A DNA stretch of 64,000 bases. Source: Balanoglossus misakiensis. Taxonomy: Eukaryota > Animalia > Hemichordata. The translations under genes were made by a program, and so were the position numbers. Shown in pieces: positions 31,071-42,958 of the stretch. The notes under the pieces were generated by a model. It was not told where the DNA came from, did not search any database, and saw only the letters and a program-made list of their open reading frames with translations. Where the stretch lies: contig CM082589.2 in NCBI GenBank assembly GCA_040954595.2, positions 4,354,213 through 4,418,212 of the forward strand, in the 5' to 3' direction. Each line of letters opens with the position of its first letter. Position 1 is the first letter of the stretch.

Positions 31071-32092
31071 ATGACTGGTAAGTTTTGCTTTGATCGTCTC
31101 AGAACACTGTGTACGGCACCAGTTATAATCGCCCCCAACGGCGAAGAGTGTCGTCGCTCAACTGATTGCCAGCTTTGCCTGCCGAAAGTTTTAAAAGCAA
31201 CACACCATCTTCCAAACACAGACGGACTGTGACGGATGTAGATAAACTTCCCTCTTTCTCCCTTTCCTATCAACAGACAACATTTACAATGCAGTGTGGT
31301 TGACAGTTGTGGCGTTCCTCTGGGGTTCCACCAACCCACTCATCAAACAGGGAAGTGAAGGCATTGACAAGATTCACAAGTCCAGTGCTGTGCGGCAGTT
31401 TTTGGCAGAAGTCGCCTTCCTTGTGACAAACTGGAAGGTATTGCGAAGATCACAAGTTTGCATGTCACAGCATGTGTCCCAAGTTTACACACACTGTATC
31501 TGAGCTTTACCATAAGAAGGCCATTTTGATGATTTCTTTCTTTTTTATCTTCATCTCTGAACAGTACATTGTGCCATTCCTGATAAACCAGAGTGGATCA
31601 GTCGTTTATTACCTGACTCTGGCCTCTGCAGGTTAGTGACTAACTTCGAAATTCACCCTCTCACCCCGTCCCGTCTACAGAGGTCCAACTTTACCATAGA
31701 GAACAATGGGTTTGGATTGAACCATAGTCATATTGAGTCCATCCTTTTTTTCTGATATCCACAGACTTGTCACTGGCTGTTCCTATAACAAATTCACTCA
31801 CATTCCTTTTCACCACATTGACGGGGAAGTTGCTTGGAGAGAAGGTTGGCAACAAGGGTGAGTGCATCAGCCAGATCTTGAATATGGTATCAGTACTGAG
31901 TCCTGCCGGTGCAGTGGAACAATACATTGATATATACATCTTGATAGTCTGAATAACGTTCTAGGATATCATCTCATATTGAAATTATAATCTTCCTCTT
32001 TATTTCCAACAGATACCTACATTGGTATGTTGTTTGTCGTGGCTGGTGTATCTCTGTGTGTGATGGACAAAGCTTACAGTGAGAACTCATGA
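31071..32092 (+). CDS. TMEM234: Transmembrane protein 234; exons 31071-31077, 31277-31437, 31565-31631, 31765-31857, 32013-32092
   Basis: VAFLWGSTNPLIK...NWK/YIVPFLINQSGSVVYYLTLASA/DLSLAVPITNSLTFLFTTLTGKLLGEKVG...IGMLFVVAGVSLCV matches TMEM234. AATAAA at 32332. Confidence 0.93.
31655..31725. mobile_element. Truncated, decayed copy (opposite orientation) of the 20548-20639 piggyBac-like MITE, in a TMEM234 intron
   Basis: ACCCTCTCACCCC...GAGGTCCAACTTTACCATAGAGAACAA...TTTGGA...AACCAT aligns with the reverse complement of the 20548 element. Confidence 0.65.
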
Positions 32093-33400
32093 CCACACCA
32101 CATCCAGCCATGTTTTTGTGTTCGTGGAATACTGTTATGTCATTCTGAAATATCTGGCCTTGCACAGCCACACATCAAACCGTGTGTGAAGTGGTATGGG
32201 GTGGACAGACATACACTAAGCAATGAGTGTAAAGTTCAAGCATGGCAAATGTTTGTACTGTTTAAGAAACTTCAGAGTGACAATATTCTCACACTACATA
32301 ATTTTCTTGAGATATGGGCACTTGTTATTTGAATAAAAAACACACAAAACAAAATATATGTTACAATCTAAAGTATTCTTTATTGCATTATTTTCATTGT
32401 TGATGTTACAATAGAAATATGACAGAAAAAGATTCATAATGTCATATGAATGCAGAAAAAATGTTAGCATCTGTCATGTGAAACATTACAATGTGCAACA
32501 TAAAACTAAAACATTCATACATTCTATATATGTGTGTTCAGCTCTGCTGTGCCAATTATGGCTGCACTTGTGAGCTGTCGTTTGCTCCCTAGGGAGTTGG
32601 ATGGAGTTAAATTAAAATTAGGTCCAATTAATGTCCAGGGGTAATAATGGTTGTAAAGTGTCTTGAGCACAAAATATTGTGGTAACATGCGCTATATAAG
32701 AACTTACTATAATTATTATTAATGCCACATAAAATGGAATGAAAATAGAGCATACAGTTCAAATGTGTATTGCTGGACTGTATAATTGAATTTCACATTT
32801 TCTTTGTCCCTCCCTAAAATCCTCTTTATGGATATCTGCCTCTCTGTCTTAGTCTTTCTTACTCTATCATGCTGGCTTCTGTAAGTCACTCATAACTACA
32901 GCAAGTAGCAGCATTTATAATTTGAAAAGGCTTAACAATTGCTTACATGACAATATAAATTGAGTTACAAGTACTAAATGTATATTCTTTTCAAAGAGGT
33001 ACATGAACAGAAAGTTATGACATGATATGCAGTAAATATCATGTATATAGTCTTTGAAAAAAAAATGTTACCACAGGTAATACAAACACAATAAAATAAA
33101 AATGAAACACAACAGTTTCTGACTAAAGTTTAAAGTTCAAAAATATAGATAAACATGCTGATGTCTTTGTACTGTGTACAGAAATTTATATTACAAATAT
33201 TGCACAATGATGTAAATGTGTATGTGATAATACATACTTGCAAATAGATGGATAACCATTTCTGAAGGTTATAGACCAAGCGGTCAACTTGACATAACTT
33301 ACATTTGTTTTATATGAAACAAAATGATTACTGCTTTATTGTTGTAAAATCTGGTGGATTTGTGATTTACAACATTATTTCAGGTACATGGAGCATCAGG

Positions 33401-36400
33401 TTAATTCTCATTTGAACCTGCAGCATCTGCAGTGCTGTAGGTAACTTTGTCCCAACACCAAGAATCGCCAATTGAGAGGTTATGTGACTTGGATGACGTG
33501 CATGACCAACACTGTGGGTTGGATTGCTTCGAAATGAAACCGTCAATATCATTACTCCCCCTTGCAATCACAGTGAGTGATTTCAATTGAGACTTGAATG
33601 TTTCCATCTCTCTAACAACAGGCACTGCTAAATTACTTAATACATAGGATATGCCAGAACCAAAATATTTCTCAATGACAGTAATGTGTTTGAGTGATCT
33701 GTTTTCCTTCAGTGAAGTGACCATTTTCTGACAGACTTGATCAGTCATTTCCTTGACGCAGAGAGTTAGAGACTGTGCAAACATGTTGCGTTGTATAAGG
33801 TCACAGGCGCCACTGATTGATTCATCTGTAAACATTCCTAATGATATGTCACGCAGTGTGTTGTTTGTTGCCAGTGTATCCAACAGTGCACAGTCAACTT
33901 TGAATTCATTGGTAAATAGTCCAAAAGAAGTTATACACGAACTCAGATTATTCAGTGCTCTGGATAATTCCAGATACATTTCATTATCCATTGTGTCAAA
34001 ATACAGTTGAATTGATTCAGTTGTTTGACTTTTTTTAATGAGGTTGTATAAACTCTCATCTGAATGCCAGTTTGGTGTGAGAAAGTGAACTTCTCGTGGT
34101 CCTTTCTGGAGAAATTCATCAAAAATTGGCAATGATAAATCACTTAAAGGGGATTTTTCTTGGAACAGACGAAAAATAAATCTTTCTATGTTCCCGTGTT
34201 GAGCTATTCTAGCAAACATTTGCAGCAAGCTTGTTCTGAATGCTTCAACACTGAATTTCTCATTGTAGTCATAAAACTCCAGTTTCAAAGATTGCACTCC
34301 AGCACAGCCTTCATCACTTTTTATCATTTCTGACAACTTGTCAACTACTGTTTCAGCGTTACGCGCATGTTTAATGTAAATCCCAAGATACTTTAACACT
34401 ACATTTCTTTCAGAGTTTTTTACATGCATAGCTAACATTGCAATTTCGCGTAAAGTGGGATTATGTATTTCTAGATTTTCTAGCAATCCCGGTTTTTGTT
34501 TCAAAACGTTGAGAATAAATTCTAGGTTGCAGTTCTCTCTTTTAAGTGATATCCACCTGTAGTTGAACATTTCATTATGCACGCTTGCGATATTATAAAT
34601 CTCAATCAAACTCTTAACATTTGTATTGAAAAATTTATCTCCAAATTTAATCAAAGACTCTTTAACTAAAGAGTCTATAATTGATATACAAGTTACACTG
34701 TGTCTTGATTCATAGAAACATTCAAAACAAATGCTGTACAATTTCGAAATAAATGTAAGTGTTTTTGTTTTTTCCAGAGTCTGACATTTATCACAAAACA
34801 TTTTAAACAATAACTCACTTTCACAAGATCCAGAGATACCTGCGAGGAATATTAAAACTGGTTTAGATTTTTTAACATCATTAAGAAATCTATCCAAAAC
34901 ATCCGTATTTCGTTCTTTTAATTGAAGAGAAACATGCAATGCTGTGAAATATTCCAGCCACGTTTTATGATAAAAGAAATACATTTCCTTTGTCTTTGTC
35001 CTGGAGTGGCCAAGGTCTCTGACTAATAACCCTAAATCCAATGATCTGGGAGCAGAAATATCTTTTCTCTCAAAAATGGACCTGTTGTCCGAGTAGACTT
35101 CCCATGAATTTAATGCCAATCTGTCTCTGTCGCTAATGATTGTACTTGGTATCTCGCCGTTGTCGAGGTCAACAGACTTTTTGACACAATATCGCTTTAA
35201 AATACACTCGAGTACCTCGGAATACAACTCTGTAAGTGTCTGTGGGAATTTGTTTTCTTTCTCGTGTAGTTTATGATCTTCCCAGAGAATACAGAGAAAT
35301 GAAACATGCAATGGGTTACAGAGGAGATCTGTTATGGTTTTCTTAGTTGCTTTACTCCGCTGTATTTTTATTTCTTTGACAAGAGCTCTACCCGTGTCTA
35401 CGTCATCTTTGAAATACTTCATAATGTATTCATTCGTACTCTTTTGTGTAAATCCCTTAACAACTAGAAATAAATCACAGTCACTCAGGTACTTATCACG
35501 TAGACGTGGTCTTGTGGTGGTAACAATGGTACAGTCGTGACGTACCCTACTTTGTATGTGATCAGCTATATCAGAACTTTCGATTTTTTCTTTGGCAATT
35601 TCATCTAAGCCATCAAAGAGAAATAAGACTGAATTAATATTTTGCAATATTATTCTTTCAAGTTCCCCTTTGGTGATACTAACATCTTTTGGTAAGAGCT
35701 GGTTGAATATTTCATCAACCACACTGGAGGCTGTCACGTGTCTCATTTCTAGAAAAAAGAGTAAATCGTATTTATGCTCTTTTATCTCACCACAAGCCCA
35801 GTCATACGCAATCTTCCTACAGAGAGTTGACTTGCCCATGGCGGGTGGGCCCTCTATTCTTATGCGCCGAGCATGCTGTTTATCATCTGACATTTTAAAC
35901 ATATCATGCAAATCTTTCAAATCGTTACCAGCTTTCAGGGACCCTCTATGCACCTCTTTTACTTCCAGTCTCGTGTACACTTCTTTCAGCTTGAGTTTCA
36001 GATCATCGTTCCATGGGATTGGTTGAAGCATCGAGAAATGACCTTTGTACTGATCCTTCAGAATGGTGACCAGCTTTTCTTTCTTGTCAGTCAACGCAGC
36101 TGGAAAATAATAAAAAAAAACACTCATATTAGTTAGTGAACTTTGATAAAATCTAAAAGTAGCGATAATATACTTACAGGAATGAAATTCCTCTTTACTC
36201 AATTTGATATTTCGCGATGGCAGATTGAATTTGATTGAGTAGCGGTTCACAAGGAATTGCATGACTACATACATAAGTTAGAAATAACTTTCATCCTTTA
36301 TAAATGTTTCATATTCTTAGCAGTTTAACCGTCTATATATTTGTGATGGCTATAGCGATCCAAGGTGGAAGGCCTTGTACACGCAATTACAGAGACTGTA

Positions 36401-37298
36401 CGGAGTTCGACAGTCTTGTAGATGAGCTTGTAAGTTTCCTAAATTTATAGAAATTCAGCTCGACGAATATTTCCTATGGTAAGTACTGTTTTCCCAAGAC
36501 ATTATGTACTGGATATTCTAAAAGAAAGTGGCATTTGTCTTCTATTGCTTGCCGACTCATTAATATTCTGTTTTTCCCTTCCACACAATTAAGATGACAA
36601 GACAGAGAGACAGACAGGCAGATAATTTAATAAATAATGATTGGTGTCCGTAGTTTGACAGCCATGCGACAATATTTTCAATGCATGTCAGTAAACTGGA
36701 AAGGCACATAATGAAACAATAAGCAAAGAACAATTCACCAATGCATACAGTTTTAATCCACTTTACCTTCATTTATAGAGGATTGGCCAGTATGATATGC
36801 ATGTAGATTGTTCGACAACAGAACCAAGCCAACACGACACAGCAAGTCTTGCAGAAATTCTGTGTTTGTTTCAGTGATCTTGCCAGTTCGATGCAGTAAG
36901 GTGAATAGACCGAAAGGATGTTTGACATTTTCAAGAGGTCGGTCGTCTATCACACCGTAACAGAGATGTTTCAGACCATCTAAATAATCTGTCAGTGAAG
37001 AGAAGTTTAAATTGTTAATAATAACCATGGCATTAGTATTTTCTCGTGTGGTTCTTTGGAATGAATAATGTAGACGCCATTTCCGATAGCAAAGCTCATT
37101 ACTCGTTAAAATGTCTAACTCACATAATCATTCAGAGTATATAACTAATCAAGTTAGGCTTAAGATATTTTTTAACATACCGTTTGTTATTTTTTGGGAT
37201 ATATCATGCAGAATTGTCGTAAATGGATCAAGTTTAGGTACTTTGGGGGCTGGTTCTTCATGGCTGGTCGTTGCCGTGCCTTCTTGTCCCGTCGCCAT
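33401..37298 (-). CDS. NLR-family immune receptor with N-terminal death effector domain (DED-NACHT-degenerate LRR); exons 37298-37181, 36988-36767, 36099-33401
   Basis: NACHT Walker A IEGPPAMGKSTL, Walker B LFLFDGLDE, sensor VTTTRP, VKGF, CNPLH, winged-helix FYHKTWLEYFTA, and C-terminal RI-like LRRs (TLATNNTLRDISL, SLKENRSLKHI). Two upstream exons splice in frame to give LDPFTTILHDISQKITNDYLDGLKHLC...LFTLLHRTGKITETNTEFLQDLL, a FADD-like DED. Confidence 0.88.
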
Positions 37299-38539
37299 GT
37301 TGGGAGTAACTTAACAGCGATGATAAAGTCCAGTTAAGGGAGAATGCATAGGTCCGTTGGACGGGTGGAACGACAGGTGAGCACTTTAATAATTTAAGTC
37401 ACGTGGTATTAATTATAATCAATATTTTATAGCAGAACCGAATTGCCATCTGTCGTCATTTGGCTGTAGTCCCTATAACTGAAGTATTTATTTTGCATCT
37501 AAAACCTCGAGCCAAGGGCATGATTCCTTTTAGCATTGTTATATATTCATTGTTGCAATTGCCTACGAACCTGTTGGATTCGCCACTGAATCACCAGTAA
37601 GCCCGTGACACCCGTGTGACGGTATCAGAACTGTACCTTAGTTAATCAGTAAACCAGCGTAGGCCACTACTGCCAAGAAAATCACGCGATATCGTGATTG
37701 GTGTGGCTGTTGTGACCTACCTAATCACCCATTTCTGTTTTCATAAATCTCACCATTTTTTTACCATTATGTTTTTTTTTATTTGTAAATATTGTACACA
37801 CGCATGGTGTATTGTCGCTTAGGCCAGAATTCCCCTTTCATTTTGTAAGCACGACCGCTTCACAATGTCGGCAATTTCCAACAGGCCATAGGTGAAATAT
37901 TTTTGTTTCACTAAGTCACTGATTTATTGCCTGCACTGAGAATTGGCGTGCGCAAATGCACGCTTGAATACATTCGCAAAAAGAGGTCATCGACGTCTGC
38001 AACCCTGAGTCCCACTTTCAACTTTAAAACAAAAAAAAGAAAACAGTATACACTTCGGTCATACGACTTTGATGTCTCTTCCAATACTTGTAACGCGTGA
38101 TCACGTAATTGCTATTTTAATACGGGTAATACCATCCCCAAGTGATGTGACCAAACCTTGAAAACACCAACAAAAATGGCAGAAGGCAGGGTAAAGGTTA
38201 ATTTATCATAAAGGGTGTGGGACTGACAGTGTATCTGGGCTCAAAAGCGAGAGGATTGTATCATAAACGCGTATAGGCCTACCAACAGGCCCGGAATGGG
38301 AACCAATACTGCGTTGTTTAGTACATCAGTAGGATGCTAGACTGATATCAACATTAATTACATGTACCAAGTTTTAATATTGTTGCAATAAATGAATTTA
38401 TTCACAGTATTTAGAGATTTAAACAATACATTCCATTCTGTTGTCTACGAACAGAGCAAAACAACAATCGTCGCATTCAGGTTAAGCCGGATGCTACTCG
38501 AAATATTTTAGCCAATACACCTAATGTAAAAACTAGCAA

Positions 38540-39549
38540 TCAGATAGCATAGAACTTGCAGATGTAGTTCACTACACGCCCATGGCTCTTGTAGGAGCAG
38601 TATTGAAACCCCTCGAAAGTGATCGTCCCTGCCGGGTTCCAGTACAGTTCCCCTGCAAGTCTCTCCGGGCAATCCTGCATATTGGAAGTGGAAATTTACA
38701 TGGTATTTTACGCAGCAATTCACCCATGTAGAAATAAGCCAAAGTGCCATATATTTAATGGCCGGTTATATGTTTCTGCATATCTTGCACTTCGATAAGA
38801 ACTGTTGTACATACATGCTAACGAATGACACGGATGACCATGTTATTGACAATTCAACTTACGTCCATTACATTGCACGTCACTTTGTATACGTCGTTAG
38901 TGTAGGTGATCGTTGTACAGCGCAAACACTCGTTCACAAATCTCCCTTCTATCCTTGTTCCCTGAAAAAATAAATATTAAAAAATACAAATTCTTGAAAT
39001 GAAGTACGGACTGTTGTTATCATAATTGGTATACCAAGTATATTATTAATTTCCACGGAGAATGCTTGTTTGGCAATATTAAACCCCCGATGGGTTTACC
39101 CATGTTGGGCCAACCTCTGTATCAAGAGGATTTTCAAATGCAAATGCAATGACGTCATCCTTCTCCCCTGTATTCAATAACGTCGTCTTTCTGTTTGACG
39201 GTGTCTGTCTGTCTGTCTTCCATCTTACCAGGTCAACCGTATCCAACTGGTCAGTTAAAACTGCAGTTACTTGGTACGTCTCAGTAGAGCCAATGTATGG
39301 ACCAATTGCATTATACGAAGTGACAGTCTCCAACGGACGTTCATTGTGCAAATTGTCAAACAGTGCCAGAATCTCATCCGTGCATTCGACGTGTTGTGTA
39401 AACAGGGCGTTCCACACGGCGTCGTTGTATGAACGAAAGGAGGCAAAAGTACAGATCCATGGCTTCGAGTGGTACGGGTGAACTACACTTGAACTAACCA
39501 CCGCTGCCAAACCAAACATAACGAGTACTGCGCATCTCATCATGGTCAT
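38540..39549 (-). CDS. Uncharacterised secreted 8-Cys protein, paralog 1 (184 aa); exons 39549-39229, 38961-38863, 38674-38540
   Basis: Signal peptide MTMMRCAVLVMFGLAAVVSS followed by HPYHSKPWIC...VECTDEI...GPYIGSTET...DTVDL/GTRIEGRFVNECLRC...VTCNVMD/DCPERLAGELYWNP...FQYC...YICKFYAI*. Phase-0 GT-AG introns are conserved in all three copies. AATAAA near 38400. Confidence 0.85.
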
Positions 39550-40260
39550 TCTGTGCCAGCTGCTACCTATAACAGGATGAGTGTCGCAATCTACTTCAAT
39601 TCCTGTTTTTATCTTCAAATATTTGTCATGTTTTGTATACATCTTCAAGCCTTATAAATGTTCGATATTAAGTGTTTTGTGACGTCCAGACGAGAACGTT
39701 CAGAATTGAGTTTTGTACTCACCTGTCCTTTGCTGTACGCGTACGTAACGTAAAGGGGACGCGGAAATTGTGGCTTCTGATCGACCAGGTTTTTAAAAAT
39801 AAGGCTTTAGGTAGACTAAAATAGTATGAATAACAATATAAACTTTAATGTGTTTCTTGTGATCAAAATAACTCGTATATACCTGTATTGGACCCCCAGT
39901 AACCCAGTTTCTTTACGTTTTTTTTAATTCTAACTCCTGTTTTGAATTATAATTAGCGTTAACTTTATTTCATGGATAGGCACCACCAGTTTACCACAGG
40001 AGTACCATTTATTTATCTTTATATAGTAAGATTTATCAAACTGCGTGTTTTACAAACCTAGTCCACTGATCAATGAGATCAACACTGTACTCTGCTATAA
40101 TATAGGCGTTGTCATGGGCCAATGATATAACCTGGCGAATTCTGTATGCTCGAATGACTGGTCTTGCTCCAAGACACACTTTATTTTTCTATGCCAATTT
40201 TTGCAGATGCAATACCAGACAAAATCACTAGTTCCATAGTAACACATTATAATTATGTAG

Positions 40261-41368
40261 TTATCGGATGTTATAGAGTTTGCAGACGTAGTCTATGGTA
40301 TTTCCATGCCTCTTGTAGGCGCAGTATTCGAAACCCTCGAGAGTGATGTCCCCCGGTGGGTTCCAATACAATTCCTTTGCAAGTCTCTCTGGGCATACCT
40401 GTACAAATAAAAATAAGTGAAGGAGTGACAATACGAAGGTCTGGTATTCCGCACGGCTGGTGAAATTAAAATGGAGAATCAGTTTCTGACAAAAAAACCC
40501 ACGTGGATAAGACACAATGGGCTGTAATCGTGGTTCAAATATGGAAATTTCAATTAACTCACTTCCATTATATTGCAGGTGATTTTCACAATGTTGTTTG
40601 TGAAGAACTCCCCAGTACAAAGCACACACTCGTTCACAAGTTGGCCTTTAATCTTCCTTCCCTGAAAAAAAAAATGATTTCGATACCGTAATGTGTGATT
40701 ATTTTTTTAATCGCGACTGTTGCGCCAATCATCATATTTTGTTTTGTTTCCAAGGAGTACGTGTGTTGGTAAATTACCCGACTTCAGCCTAGGTTAGTTC
40801 AGCGAACTGAGGTAACGTCAATGAGAATTTCAAATGTGATGTTTGAACCCTGAATTCCCGCTAACACACCTAAAATGAATTATTGCAACTATATCCTCAT
40901 TCTCAGAACACGCCAACGAATTCAGTTTGTATCACTTAACCGGAGAAATGTCTGCATGTCTGTCTGTCTGTCTGTCTCTCTCTGTCTGCCCGCCCCACTC
41001 CCCATCCTTACCAAATCAGCCGTGTCGACCTTGTCGACTGAAACTGAATTCAATAGGAACGTCTCGGTGGAGCCGATGTATGGCCCAATTGCCTGGTACA
41101 CGGTTACAGTCTTCAACAAGACTTCATTTTGCAGACGGTCAAACAGTTCCATGATTTCATCCGTGCATTCAACATGTTGTGTACCCAGGGCATTCCAGAC
41201 ATCGTCGTTGTAGCAACGAACCGAAGCAAATGTGCATATCCATGGTTTCGAGTGGAACGGGTGACGAACACTTGCACTAACCAGTGTCAAACAGGACGCT
41301 ATGAATATTGTAAACTTAACCATTACGCTGTCGTGGTTGCCACCTACAATATGATCACCTTCACTCAT
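40261..41368 (-). CDS. Uncharacterised secreted 8-Cys protein, paralog 2; exons 41368 (or 41323)-41012, 40661-40563, 40398-40261
   Basis: MVKFTIFIASCLTLVSAS-VRHPFHSKPWIC...DTADL/GRKIKGQLVNECVLCTGEFFTNNIVKITCNIME/VCPERLAKELYWNPPGDITLEGFEYCAYKRHGNTIDYVCKLYNIR*. Same exon structure as paralog 1, including a 99-nt middle exon. Confidence 0.85.
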
Positions 41369-41867
41369 AAATTGAAACCTGTGACATTTTTTTACATTTC
41401 ATAGACATAAAAGAAACAGACACCCTCGATTTGTTTAAATAACATTTTCTGATTTTGAACGAATAACGTTCAGAATTGAAATGTATACTCACTTCTCCCT
41501 TGTCGGAATTACTTGTGAAGAGGACGGCGAAATTGTTTCAGATCGACTACGTTGTTTTTTAAAGGTTGCGTAGTCTAAAATAGTATAAAGACGATTTAAA
41601 TAATTCTATTTTTTTCTTTTCATCAAACTTTACTGTATCCATACATGCATCTATGTGAAAATAGTCCCACAGAATGCACCGCATCTCTCATGAAAATAAG
41701 TTCCGTATGACGTTTTATTAATAAATTGAATGGAATAAAGTCTGAGATGAAAAAAAAGTCAGATGATTAGTGAAGTTTGTGGAATATCAAGATATATTCC
41801 AAGTTCGTACATTTCTCAACAATGAAATAACATCATGTATACAATGAGCAACAGTTCAAATTGGTAG

Positions 41868-42958
41868 TCAGATGACATGGGACTTGCAGACGTAATTCAG
41901 TGTACGTCCTTGGCTTCTATAGGCGCAGTATTGAAAGCCCTCAACGGTAACCTCCCCTGCTGGGTTCCAGTGCAGTTCGCCTGCAAGTCTCTCCGGGCAA
42001 TCCTGCACATGCCACAAAAGAAAATAATTGAACATTTGTATTGTCTAGTACTAACAGCTCTTTGCATTGTTATTTTTAATCAGAAAATAATACATTTCTA
42101 CATATAAAATGTAAGCGTCGGGCAAAGCACCATGAAGGCGTGACGATACGAAGGTATTTTATTCGATACGGCTGACTTTGCGTATCTGAATGTTGTAATT
42201 ATTCTATTACTGTAACTGTTTGATAATAAACCACACGAGAAGACAATACTATTTATTTCAACTTACATTCATTACTTCGCAAGTGATGTTGACAATGCTA
42301 TTAGTGAAGAAGTCCCCTGTACATAGCAAACACTCGTTCACAGTTTGCCCTTGAACCTTCCTCCCCTGAAAAGAAATGATTTCGATGCCAAGCTTATTTT
42401 TTATCTCCGTTAATATACCAATAATGCATGTTAATTAATTTTAAAAAGTATAGTTTGGGTTTCCTTTAGCCTTTAAGCATACCATACAAAAGCAAACATA
42501 ATGCAGTTTCGTCAATAACTATTGACTCTGTCTGTCTATGTGTGTGTGTATGCCAGTGTATCAGCATGCGTGTGTGTGCGTCTGACTGTGTTTGTCTCCC
42601 CATCGTCGCTCTGTCTTCCCCGCTCCGCCCTCCTCCTTACCAAATCAGCCGTGTCGACCTTGTCAGTTAATACACTATTCATTTGGAACGTCTCGGTGGA
42701 GCCGATGTATGGGCCAACTGCCTGGTACACGGTTGCAGTCTTCAACAAGACTTCATTTTGAAGACTGTCAAACAGTTCCATGATTTCATCCGTGCATTCA
42801 ACATGTTGTGTTTTAAGGGTGTTCCACACAGCGTTGTTGTAGCCACGAAACGAAGAAAATGAACAGATCCATGGCTTCGAGTGGAATGGGTGATCGACAC
42901 TTGAACGAACCACCGCCAAGCCAAACATTACGAGTACTGCACATCTCTTCATGATCAT
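41868..42958 (-). CDS. Uncharacterised secreted 8-Cys protein, paralog 3 (183 aa); exons 42958-42641, 42365-42267, 42002-41868
   Basis: MIMKRCAVLVMFGLAVVRSS-VDHPFHSKPWIC...DTADL/GRKVQGQTVNECLLCTGDFFTNSIVNITCEVMN/DCPERLAGELHWNPAGEVTVEGFQYCAYRSQGRTLNYVCKSHVI*. Same exon structure. Confidence 0.85.

Noticed and set aside
36100-36274. N-terminal 58 aa of the 957-aa NLR ORF
   Set aside because: Intronic: a pyrimidine tract and CAG acceptor at 36102-36100 join the NACHT exon to the upstream DED exons.
37826-38025. NF-kB-like (AGAATTCCCC, GGCAATTTCC) and IRF-like (ACTTTCAACTTT) motifs upstream of the NLR
   Set aside because: Short imperfect matches expected by chance; not supportable without conservation or functional data.
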